The translations under genes and the position numbers were made by a program. From Bacteroidales bacterium (GTDB lineage Bacteria; Bacteroidota; Bacteroidia; Bacteroidales; WCHB1-69): a stretch of 62,406 nt of DNA. This document shows positions 53,880-62,406 of this stretch, one piece after another; the stretch's first letter is position 1; each line of letters starts with the position of its first letter. The DNA lies in the NCBI GenBank assembly GCA_045627805.1, contig JAZQOJ010000178.1:1-62406 (forward strand). Direction: 5' to 3'. The notes below the pieces were generated by a model that was given only the letters and a program-made list of their open reading frames with translations, was not told the DNA's origin and did not search any database.

Positions 53880-55676
53880 TTAACCCACCATAAAATAGGT
53901 TTCCGGATATTCGTGGCGGCTCTCTTTCGTTCGCTTGCTCAAAGCATACGCAAATGTAAGGGTTCCAATACGGCCAATGTACATATTCAAAGTAAGAACT
54001 GCTTTGCCTGCTATAGAGAAATGTTCGATGCAACCCGTTGACAATCCGCACGTTGTGAAAGCGGATGTGGTTTCAAACAACACATTTTTCAGCGGAACCA
54101 GCGGTTCGATGGCGGCCACAATCACGGAGGAAACGAAAATGATGATCAACGACATCAATACGATGGAGTAGGCCTTGTCAACCAGTGAAAACGGGATGGT
54201 TTTTTTGTGGAATTCAATGCGTTTTTTACCTTTGATGGTGGCCATCATTGACTTTAAAATCACAAAGGCGGTGGTGGTTTTGATACCGCCGCCGGTGGAA
54301 CCTGGCGAGGCCCCAATGAAAATGATGACGATGATGACCAGCAGCATTGGCACTGAAATGCTGTCAACAGGCACGATGTTGAAGCCCGCCGTTCTTCCCG
54401 CAACTACTTGAAATAGAGATGAGAAGAAACAGTCGAAGCCGTTTTTGCCGGCCAAAGTGTGGTTTTTTTCCAAAATGATGAAAAGGATAGTGCCCACAAT
54501 GATGATGGCGAAACTGGTTATCAGGGCGATGTTCGTTCCATCGGTCAGTTTTTTCCAGCGTTTTTGTTTTCGGTCTTGAATGACTCTCGGGTTGAAGAAG
54601 TCGCGCAACACCACATATCCGATTCCGCCCACGAAAACCAGCACCATAATGATCATTTGCGGGAAATAGCTATTGACAATCGCTTCGTCCATTAAGTTGT
54701 TGGGCCACAATGAGAAACCAGCATTGTTGAAGGCCGAAATGGCGTGGAATGCCGCGAAGAAAACCGTCTCTCCCTCCGTTTCGAAAACGCCTGTCGTGCG
54801 CCAATACATATACAGTAACAATGCGCCAACGCCTTCAATCACAAAGGTTACCACAATGATTTCGCGCAAAAACGAGAAGGAATCCGATACGCGGTCGGTT
54901 GACAGCATATCTTTTACCATATATTGATAGCGCAGGCCCGTGTAGGAATGAGAGAGAAACGAGATGAAGAAGGTTGCGAACGACAGGATGCTCATACCGC
55001 CCATCTGCATTAGCAGCATCAGCACGATGTGCCCCGACGTGGTGAAGCAGGTGGCGGTGTTTACAACGGTCAGCCCTGTAACGCAACTCGCACTGGTTGA
55101 GGTAAATAGAGCGTCAATGAAGGAAATGCCTCTCACTGTCATCTTCGGAAGCATAAGAAGTCCCGTGCCACAAACGATGAGGAGGAAGAACGACAGCATC
55201 ATCAGCAGCGGCGGACTCATATTCACTTTCTGGAAGATGGCGCTCACTTTGGCAATTTCAACAAAGAAAATGACGAAATAGTAAATGTGGAATAGCAGGT
55301 CGGCAAAATGGCGTGTGGTCACTTCCGCCAAATTGAAAATCCCCACGATGTGTTCGCCGAAAATGCAAAGGAAAACGAAACCGAGAATGATGATGAACTC
55401 CATCAGGTTGTCTTTCAGGAACTTCCATAATTTCCCAGAGTAAAACCAGCGGAGAAGGTATTTGAAAATGTAAAAGACGTAGGCGAGTGTGACGATGCTG
55501 GATACGAGCTCTTCGCCGTAGGGAGTAAGGTACGAGCCGTGCTCCCAGACAATGGCCGTCACGGCGCCCAACGAAATGAGCACCGACAACACTTTCAGCA
55601 CGCGCTCAATGATGTGCCGATAAGTCGCGGTCTTGAATTGCAGTTTCCTTAAAAACAACGCAACGCGCTTCAACAT
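53880..55676 (-). CDS. trkH: TrkH/KtrB-type potassium transporter
   Basis: ALFTSTSASCVTGL, LMQMGG, SAFNNAGF, RTAGF, GASPGSTGGGIKTTT, SAF.T.GLS and GRIG. Confidence 0.9.
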   Translation of the reverse strand: MLKRVALFLRKLQFKTATYRHIIERVLKVLSVLISLGAVTAIVWEHGSYLTPYGEELVSSIVTLAYVFYIFKYLLRWFYSGKLWKFLKDNLMEFIIILGFVFLCIFGEHIVGIFNLAEVTTRHFADLLFHIYYFVIFFVEIAKVSAIFQKVNMSPPLLMMLSFFLLIVCGTGLLMLPKMTVRGISFIDALFTSTSASCVTGLTVVNTATCFTTSGHIVLMLLMQMGGMSILSFATFFISFLSHSYTGLRYQYMVKDMLSTDRVSDSFSFLREIIVVTFVIEGVGALLLYMYWRTTGVFETEGETVFFAAFHAISAFNNAGFSLWPNNLMDEAIVNSYFPQMIIMVLVFVGGIGYVVLRDFFNPRVIQDRKQKRWKKLTDGTNIALITSFAIIIVGTILFIILEKNHTLAGKNGFDCFFSSLFQVVAGRTAGFNIVPVDSISVPMLLVIIVIIFIGASPGSTGGGIKTTTAFVILKSMMATIKGKKRIEFHKKTIPFSLVDKAYSIVLMSLIIIFVSSVIVAAIEPLVPLKNVLFETTSAFTTCGLSTGCIEHFSIAGKAVLTLNMYIGRIGTLTFAYALSKRTKESRHEYPETYFMVG

Positions 55677-55682
55677 AGCTTT

Positions 55683-56378
55683 TTATTGATTGCGTTTGAT
55701 AAAGTTCTCGATGTCGCGGGTTTTGCCGAAAATCACGAAACAGTCCTTGTCTTCAATGGTGGTTGTCGTGTCGGGCACACCGATGATGTGGCCCGTGGCA
55801 TTGCCCTGCGTGGGAGTAGTACTTTCAATGAAATTGCGGCGGATGGTGACCAAACTCAGTCGGTAGGCGTCGCGCAAGTTCAAATCGCCAATTGTCATTC
55901 CAATCAGACGGGGAGAGGCAATGACTTCCGCAATCTTGTAACCATCAGGAAGTTGCAGATACGAAACGATGTTCGGGTTGAGCAGTCGCTCGGCAAACAG
56001 CGTGCCGATTTCGTCTTCGGGCGACAAGAATTCCGTGACTCCCATTTTGGCCAGAATCAGTCGCTGATTTTCGCCCATCGTTCGGCAGATGATTCTTTTC
56101 ACGTTGAGGTCCATCAGGTTGGCGGTGCATAGCAATCGCTTCACGAAGTCGTTGCCGATGGCCACCACCACCACGTCAAAATCCTGGATGTTTTCCGCAA
56201 TCAGCGCCTTCTTGTTGGTGGCATCAATGCAAACGGCGTAAGCCACTTCTTCTGAAATATCCTGAATCACATTGATATCGGAATCAATCACCAACACTTC
56301 CGCACCGCTCTTCGACAGGGCGATGGCGATGGCGGAACCGAAGTGACCCGCACCGATAATGGCAAATCTTTCTGACAT
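55683..56378 (-). CDS. trkA: TrkA/KtrA-type RCK regulatory subunit
   Basis: FAIIGAGHFG Rossmann motif, VVVAIG and a TrkA-C domain; adjacent to trkH. Confidence 0.88.
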   Translation of the reverse strand: MSERFAIIGAGHFGSAIAIALSKSGAEVLVIDSDINVIQDISEEVAYAVCIDATNKKALIAENIQDFDVVVVAIGNDFVKRLLCTANLMDLNVKRIICRTMGENQRLILAKMGVTEFLSPEDEIGTLFAERLLNPNIVSYLQLPDGYKIAEVIASPRLIGMTIGDLNLRDAYRLSLVTIRRNFIESTTPTQGNATGHIIGVPDTTTTIEDKDCFVIFGKTRDIENFIKRNQ

Positions 56379-56453
56379 AGTTTTCTTTTTTTGATAAGCC
56401 GCAAAAGTACGAATTTTTGTGCAAACGGCTATTTGTTGAGTGAAATTTTAGTT

Positions 56454-59024
56454 CTACTTTTGTTGATTCTCTTTCGACGAGGGCGTGGCCATTTGACGCA
56501 CATAGACATCTCGTTGCGGGAATGGGATTTCGATGTTGTTCTCGTTCAGCGTGTTGTAGATTTGTTCTTTGATTTTCCCTCCAATCGCCACTTTCTCTTC
56601 CACCAGCACCCAGCACACCACCAGCAGGTCAACGCTGCTGTCGCCAAAGTCGTTGAACAGCACTTCGAAGCCGTGTTTCGGATCAATGACATTTTTGCCA
56701 TTCTCGTTCTTTACCATCAGCGATTTCAGCGATTCTTTCAGCAGCTCGCGCACCAAGCGGACATCCGTTCCGTAAGCCACGCCAACTGGCAGCTTGATTC
56801 TGACGTAACCGTGATTGCGGGTTCGGTTTTGGAAATTCTTGCTGAAAAGCTGCGTGTTTTGGAATGCGATCACGCTGCCGTCCAGCGTCACAATCTGCGT
56901 GCTTTGGTAATTGATGCTCTCCACTCGGCCTTCCGTCCCGTCGCACTCAATGTAGTCGCCCACGCGCAAACGTCCCGTCATCAACGAGATGCCGTACACG
57001 AAGTTTTCCAACAGGTCCTTCATTGCAAAACCCAAACCAGTAGCCAAACCGGCCATCACAATGGAGATGCCGCTGCTCGGTACCTGTAAAATGATGAAGG
57101 AAGCAATGGCGAAAATACCCCATACCAGAACAGAAATCACGTTGTTGCCCAGCGTGATGTTGCTTGGCCCGTTCGGATCTTTCTGCTTTCTCTTTTTCAA
57201 GAAAAGGAAGAATGACCGCAACATATAGTTGAGGTATTTGAAGAAGAAGAAGAGTTCCAAAACCAAGCATAACTTGAAGAGCGATAATTGAATAACGCCC
57301 GGTTTGTTTAAGAAAGTGTAGAAAAACACGTTCACGCAAGCCGAACTCATCTCAAAAATTCCCGCTGCAAAATAGATGCTGGCAGGCACCGAAAACACAG
57401 CCACCATAGGAATCAGGGCGCGGTAAACAAAATCGTACAACCACGTTTGCGCAATGTATTCGCCTTTGTCTAATTTGGGGCGCAAGCTCTTGTACAAGGT
57501 CTTGCGCTCTTTCACTGTCTTGTCTTGCATTTTTTCTGGCACAATCTTGTGCAGCAAGTAACGCAGTTCGTACATTTTAGCCAGGTCATAAAAACAAGTG
57601 ATGGTTTGAATGGCAGCTAATTGAATCGTCCACCAAATCATAATTTGAACAGCCAGAAGCACATAGCCAATCCACGCGGCTACGCAGGCCACCACCATCG
57701 CTACCAGCGATATCACCGTGTAAATCATATCGCTGTCGGGCAGATGTCCGAGTTTCCGTTTCAAAATCACTAATTGCCAAATGGTGAACAAAAGCAAAAT
57801 CGGCGGATATATCAGATTTACAACATTGTTGGGAATCAAAATGATACGGAAAATGATTACCAACAATGCCATCGTAAGGAACGGCGTGTATGCGCGGATG
57901 CCGGGCAGAATCTGTTTCTCGTTCAAACGGATGAGCAGCGAAAGCAGAATCACCTCCATCAGCCAGGCAAAAGTGATGAGCAGGTCAATGGCCATCACAA
58001 TGAAATTCTGTTTCACGAAAAAGCGCGCCACCATAATGGAGATGGCGAAAACGGCCACACCCACCGCAATGTTGATGACCGAAAGTTTCTTTTTGTCGGA
58101 AAACTTCTCGCGCAATCGCTTCGGCAGCAGCCAGCGCACGATCGCGAAACTCAAAAATGAGGCGATTATCAGGTACGACAACACGAAAATACAGATGCCG
58201 CCAATCACCGGACCGCGCCACTCCGACGCCTTTCTCAACGGACGGTATTTGTCGTCAACATCTTTCTTCGCCAACTGAATCTGCATTTTCAGTCTTTTCA
58301 GCGTGGTGAAATAGTTGTTGTCGCCGTTTACGAAAATGCTTTGCTGGATGTTGGCGTAGCGGGCCATCGCATAGTCGTTCAGCTCCTTCACTCTTTTCGT
58401 AACGTGATTGTAATGTTCCTCGTCTAAAATGACGTTTTCCAATAGTTTTTTGTAATTGTCGCGAATGGCCGTCGCATATTTCAAACAGGCCTCGCGGTCG
58501 GCAATGCCCTGCTGGTCTAACTTAAACAGAGACAGTTTGCTTGTGTCAATGAGCATTTTGGGAAACTTTTCCTTCAAGGAATCGGGCATTTCCGCGCGTT
58601 CTCCGTTGGGCTTTAGGCGGGGAGGCAAATCGAGCAGTGCCTGAATCAACTCGTCGTAACGCTCGATTTCCGATGTCAGTCGGTCTTTGATTTTCGCATA
58701 AGGCAGATGGTGCAGGTGCAAATTGCGATACTGTTCCGTCGCCTCCTGACAAGCGTACGTCATATCGAATGTGAAATCAGAGTTTTGCGAGTACAGCATC
58801 AATGCTATCTGATTGCTTTTTTGCATCATACGAATCAGATTCGTGTGCTGCTCCATATTGGTGCGCTCGAAACGGGCCATCTGCACAGTCTGCTGGTTGT
58901 ACGCCTGCTCCAATTCTGCTCGCAGCACGCCCAAAGTCTGAGCTAAGTCCTTCTCTTTCAGTACAGCTTGCGCCTGGAAAACCGTCAGCACCGCTATACA
59001 AAACAAAACCAAAATCTTTTTCAT
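56454..59024 (-). CDS. Large MscS-family mechanosensitive channel (MscK-like)
   Basis: Signal peptide from ATG 59024, periplasmic helical region, many TMs, GLGFAMKD...GRLRVGDYIE, VGVAYG, FGDSSV and IEIPFPQRDV. Confidence 0.9.
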   Translation of the reverse strand: MKKILVLFCIAVLTVFQAQAVLKEKDLAQTLGVLRAELEQAYNQQTVQMARFERTNMEQHTNLIRMMQKSNQIALMLYSQNSDFTFDMTYACQEATEQYRNLHLHHLPYAKIKDRLTSEIERYDELIQALLDLPPRLKPNGERAEMPDSLKEKFPKMLIDTSKLSLFKLDQQGIADREACLKYATAIRDNYKKLLENVILDEEHYNHVTKRVKELNDYAMARYANIQQSIFVNGDNNYFTTLKRLKMQIQLAKKDVDDKYRPLRKASEWRGPVIGGICIFVLSYLIIASFLSFAIVRWLLPKRLREKFSDKKKLSVINIAVGVAVFAISIMVARFFVKQNFIVMAIDLLITFAWLMEVILLSLLIRLNEKQILPGIRAYTPFLTMALLVIIFRIILIPNNVVNLIYPPILLLFTIWQLVILKRKLGHLPDSDMIYTVISLVAMVVACVAAWIGYVLLAVQIMIWWTIQLAAIQTITCFYDLAKMYELRYLLHKIVPEKMQDKTVKERKTLYKSLRPKLDKGEYIAQTWLYDFVYRALIPMVAVFSVPASIYFAAGIFEMSSACVNVFFYTFLNKPGVIQLSLFKLCLVLELFFFFKYLNYMLRSFFLFLKKRKQKDPNGPSNITLGNNVISVLVWGIFAIASFIILQVPSSGISIVMAGLATGLGFAMKDLLENFVYGISLMTGRLRVGDYIECDGTEGRVESINYQSTQIVTLDGSVIAFQNTQLFSKNFQNRTRNHGYVRIKLPVGVAYGTDVRLVRELLKESLKSLMVKNENGKNVIDPKHGFEVLFNDFGDSSVDLLVVCWVLVEEKVAIGGKIKEQIYNTLNENNIEIPFPQRDVYVRQMATPSSKENQQK

Positions 59025-59148
59025 TTTATTATCATTATTATATTGATCAAATTTATGCTTCATTTCTTTCTCTTTGCTCGACAAAGCTCAGGTTTTGAGT
59101 CATTTGCTCAACTTTCGCCCTCCGAACTTTTGAAAGTTGAATCAACTA

Positions 59149-61050
59149 TTATTTCTGAAGATAGTAGTCATAAACTTTCTGCATACGTTCGGCAGAGTCG
59201 TCGAGTCCGCCGGGTCGGTTTCTCACAACCCATAATTTCTTATGATTCTGAATGATGGGCTTCAATTCGGCCGCCAGTTTTTTTCTTTTTTCATAAGGGA
59301 TGCTTTTGGTTTGATGGTCTTTCACCGCCAGGCGTGCCAAAGCGAGGTGAAGACTGTGCTTGGCCAGGGCGGCGGCCTGATGAACTTCCGCTTTCACGAT
59401 GTCGGCATCCTTGCATTGCGGCTTCCCTTGGTCGAAAATGACGAGGGCGCTGTCAATGGCAGCTTCTGTAATTTGCAGATTTTCAGCGGTGATGGGCTTC
59501 GTCTGGTAGAAATTCTCCCACTTCCAGGCGTAGCGGTTCAAAATCACGTGGTAAATGTTGGCCACGCCTTCCGGAATTTTAGCCAACTCGTAAGAGTCGC
59601 CCAAAAGGAGCAGCGCCTTGGCAGTGTTGCCGGTTTCGTCGTGAAAAACATAGTGGTTGAGCAGGAATTCCAGACGGTCAAGCAGTGTGGTGTCGCAGTT
59701 CCAGGCGTAGCCGCAGCCCAGCATCATTGCGGGCTCGCACACCGACAGCGGCTGCCAGTGTCCGTGGTCGCCCCAGTTGGTCACCAGCATTCCTTTTGCG
59801 CCAAACTTCGCTCCGTTGATGGCGGCTTTCTTGATATTGGTGAACGCAATCTGATTCTTTCCTAAGATGGAACGCCACGTTGAGGTGCCGGGACAAACGT
59901 AGAAATCAAGGCCCGCCTTTTGGAATTTCGGCAAAATGGTGTCGAAGCGGAACTGGCTGTCGTAGCCCCACACCATCGCAATCATATCTTTTGGCAACTC
60001 GCTAATCAAACTGTCGTGATTGATGACAATGTCGCCCCAAAACTGCGTGCGGCGGCCATATTTGTTCACTTCTTTGTTCAATTCGAGCAAAAAGTCGAGG
60101 TAAACGCGCCCCAAACCGCGTTTCTCGCACGCCGCTTTCGAATGGCCCAAGCCCAATTCCACCGTTTCATCACAGCCGATATTGAAAAACTGACTGTTGA
60201 AGTTGGGAAGCAACTCCGCATACAACCCTTTCACCAGTTCCAAGGAGCCGGGATTCGTGGGATCGAGCGAAGTGTATTTGCTTTTGCCCCAAATGGTGTT
60301 GCAATCGGTCTCGCACTCTGCCAGATTTTTGTATTGATCGTACTTCAGCCAGTTCTCCATATGGCCGAAAGAGTTCTGGTTGGGCACCAGGTCAATGAAG
60401 CGGTCGTTGCAATATTTTTGCAGAGTCGCAATCTCTTCCGGAGTCATCGGAGAGGCGTTTTCCCACACGGTTTTATGATTTTTGTAAGCAAAAGTGTGTT
60501 CTGTGTAGAGTTGCAATTCATTGATTTTCAAACTTGAAATAAAATCCACGATTTGGAAGAGCGTCGCCATTGTGGGCACTTTGTCGCGACTGATGTCGAG
60601 CATAAAACCGCGTCGTTGAATGGCGGGGTAGTCGAAAATGTATATGCCGGGAAGGTCTTTCTTTTCGGTGAGGCAATACGACAGGATTTGCCGTAAGGTC
60701 TGTACGCCGTAATAAATGCCTTCCTGCGTGCCGCTAATGATGGTAATGGTTTGGTTTTTAATCAGTAAACGATATTCTTGCGACACGAATTTTCGGTCAA
60801 GATAGACCGACATTTTGATGATATTCTCGCCATTTTCGTGAAAAACGACCTCTTTTTCCCAAGTTGACAAATTGAATTGGGAAAGATAATTTTGCATTTG
60901 CGAGAATTGGAATTCGTGGAAAGGAATATGGTCATCTTTCTGAATTTCAATTTGTTGCGGAGTTGGAATAAGATAGTTTTCCAAATTTTGAGCGTGGAGG
61001 GCGCACAGCAGCCCCAGGCAAACCGTTAGGATAGCAATTTTTTTAAGCAT
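59149..61050 (-). CDS. Glycoside hydrolase family 20 (beta-N-acetylhexosaminidase-like)
   Basis: Signal peptide, LIPTPQ, EYRL, DYP...RGFMLDISR, FGH and catalytic NIGCDET. Confidence 0.85.
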   Translation of the reverse strand: MLKKIAILTVCLGLLCALHAQNLENYLIPTPQQIEIQKDDHIPFHEFQFSQMQNYLSQFNLSTWEKEVVFHENGENIIKMSVYLDRKFVSQEYRLLIKNQTITIISGTQEGIYYGVQTLRQILSYCLTEKKDLPGIYIFDYPAIQRRGFMLDISRDKVPTMATLFQIVDFISSLKINELQLYTEHTFAYKNHKTVWENASPMTPEEIATLQKYCNDRFIDLVPNQNSFGHMENWLKYDQYKNLAECETDCNTIWGKSKYTSLDPTNPGSLELVKGLYAELLPNFNSQFFNIGCDETVELGLGHSKAACEKRGLGRVYLDFLLELNKEVNKYGRRTQFWGDIVINHDSLISELPKDMIAMVWGYDSQFRFDTILPKFQKAGLDFYVCPGTSTWRSILGKNQIAFTNIKKAAINGAKFGAKGMLVTNWGDHGHWQPLSVCEPAMMLGCGYAWNCDTTLLDRLEFLLNHYVFHDETGNTAKALLLLGDSYELAKIPEGVANIYHVILNRYAWKWENFYQTKPITAENLQITEAAIDSALVIFDQGKPQCKDADIVKAEVHQAAALAKHSLHLALARLAVKDHQTKSIPYEKRKKLAAELKPIIQNHKKLWVVRNRPGGLDDSAERMQKVYDYYLQK

Positions 61051-61124
61051 TTGAATAAAATTTTAGGGTGCAAAGGTACGGAAAATCCGTTGCAAAATTG
61101 TAATTTTGCATCAAAATTTGCACT

Positions 61125-61661
61125 TTGGTAAAATTATCACAACTTTTCGTCTCTTTTTTCAAAATCGGAACCTTCACGATTGGGGGCGGTTACGCAATGA
61201 TTCCGCTGATGGAAAAGGAGTTAGTGGAGCGGCATTCGTGGATTTCCAAAGAGGATTTTATGAATATTTTGTCTCTTTCTCAGGCGATGCCGGGCGTTTT
61301 CGCGGTGAATATGGCCACGCACGTCGGGCAAAAGTTGCGCGGTTTCCGCGGAGCCGTTACTGCCGTGATCGCCAATATTTTAATGCCCATCCTCATTATC
61401 TTGGGGCTTGCAATGTTCTTCCATTATTTTACGGGCAATCATATCGTTGACTCTATTTTCAAGGGTGTGCGCCCCGCTGTTGTCGCACTGATTGCGGCTC
61501 CCGTTTTCAAGATGGCACAGACGGCGAAACTGAATTGGAAAAACTTTTGGATTCCGCTGTTGGCGGCGCTTCTCATCTGGCTGTTCGGTGTGTCACCCAT
61601 CCTCATCATATTGGTGGCCGGCGTTGGCGGTTTTATTTATGGCAAACTTAAAAAACGATGA
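61125..61661 (+). CDS. Short-chain chromate transporter (CHR family), subunit 1
   Basis: FFKIG.FTIGGGYAMIP, SQAMPG and GVRPAVVALI. TTG start; divergent -7 elements at 61071 and 61101. Confidence 0.9.
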   Translation: MVKLSQLFVSFFKIGTFTIGGGYAMIPLMEKELVERHSWISKEDFMNILSLSQAMPGVFAVNMATHVGQKLRGFRGAVTAVIANILMPILIILGLAMFFHYFTGNHIVDSIFKGVRPAVVALIAAPVFKMAQTAKLNWKNFWIPLLAALLIWLFGVSPILIILVAGVGGFIYGKLKKR

Positions 61662-62233
61662 TTTTCTGGCAGCTTTTCTATACGTTTTGCAAAATCGGGA
61701 TTTTCAATTTCGGCGGCGGCTACGCAATGATTTCGCTGATACAGAGCGAGGTGGTGGCGCACCACGCTTGGCTTACGGCGCAGGAGTTCACCGACATTGT
61801 GGCTATCAGTCAGAGCACACCTGGTCCCATCGGCATCAACGTGGCTACTTATGCGGGTTACACGGCGGTAGTGAATGCTGGCTTCGCCCCTTGGTTGGGC
61901 GTGCTCGGCGCTTTTCTCGCCTCATTTTCGGTGATTCTGCTCCCTTTCCTGCTGATGCTTATTATTAGCAAATGGCTAATTAAAAATCGTGATAATCAAA
62001 ATGTTAGCAACGTATTTGCGGCATTGAGAATCGCTGTTGTGGGGCTGGTTGGAGCCGCTGCTCTCACTCTTATTTCTCCCGAAAACTTTGGCAGTTGGTC
62101 CTCAAGTCCCTACCAGTTCATCTCCAGCATCGTGATTTGCATTGCCGTTTACATTGCGGCCGCGCAATACAAGAAAAGTCCGATTCTTCTCATTGTTTTG
62201 AGCGGCATTGCGGGCCTGATCCTGTATGTGTGA
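61658..62233 (+). CDS. Short-chain chromate transporter (CHR family), subunit 2
   Basis: FCKIG.FNFGGGYAMI and SQSTPGPIGIN.ATY. ATGA overlap with subunit 1. Confidence 0.9.
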   Translation: MIFWQLFYTFCKIGIFNFGGGYAMISLIQSEVVAHHAWLTAQEFTDIVAISQSTPGPIGINVATYAGYTAVVNAGFAPWLGVLGAFLASFSVILLPFLLMLIISKWLIKNRDNQNVSNVFAALRIAVVGLVGAAALTLISPENFGSWSSSPYQFISSIVICIAVYIAAAQYKKSPILLIVLSGIAGLILYV

Positions 62234-62356
62234 GCTCGTTCAAAGGGACAAAAAGAAACGGAATCATCCCTTTTAGTCTTGTCAATTTGTATGCTGAAAT
62301 TTTAGAATCTTCCGATAATGGGAATTATGAGACGTGGAAACGGTTAACGTCGGTTA

Positions 62357-62404
62357 AACGGTTAATTGGATGAATGGACGAATGGTGGAATGGACGAGCG
62401 GCTT
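62357..62404 (+). repeat. Degenerate 8-bp-period tandem repeat at the window end
   Basis: aacggtta attggatg aatggacg aatggtgg aatggacg agcggctt. Confidence 0.5.
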
Positions 62405-62406
62405 AA

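Noticed and set aside
1-62406. tRNA, rRNA, reverse transcriptase/DGR or transposase genes
   Set aside because: None recognised by eye. A covariance-model scan would be needed to exclude small RNAs.

Overview
This is a 62.4 kb chromosomal window from a Bacteroidota (probably Bacteroidales) anaerobe, judged from many TAnnTTTG -7 promoter motifs and three proteins with T9SS-type C-terminal domains. Most of it is housekeeping or envelope genes: dapA, cdd, elbB, crcB, rfbA, folP, queD, miaA, yebC, comM, tilS, holB, moxR, surA, rpmH, trkH/trkA, an MscS channel, a GH20 and a chromate transporter pair. It also holds a 3568-aa repetitive surface protein. The standout is an AT-rich accessory island of about 7 kb just downstream of comM (~30.5-37.6 kb). 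It carries a small DUF4258-like/LytTR gene pair, then a tightly coupled five-gene operon: NrdG, an NrdD class III ribonucleotide reductase without an ATP cone, a calcineurin-like phosphoesterase, a dTMP-kinase-like protein, and a fusion of a degenerate restriction-nuclease-like domain, BspA leucine-rich repeats and a minimal beta-class N6/N4 methyltransferase with no Res partner. I propose this operon as a candidate undescribed nucleotide/DNA-modification or anti-phage system; that function is inference. Other observations are an in-frame TGA at a probable Trp codon in surA, rpmH missing from the ORF track, 8-bp tandem repeats abutting start codons, a GTAG REP-like palindrome and a DnaA-box pair. 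All assignments come from motif recognition by eye; no searches were run.
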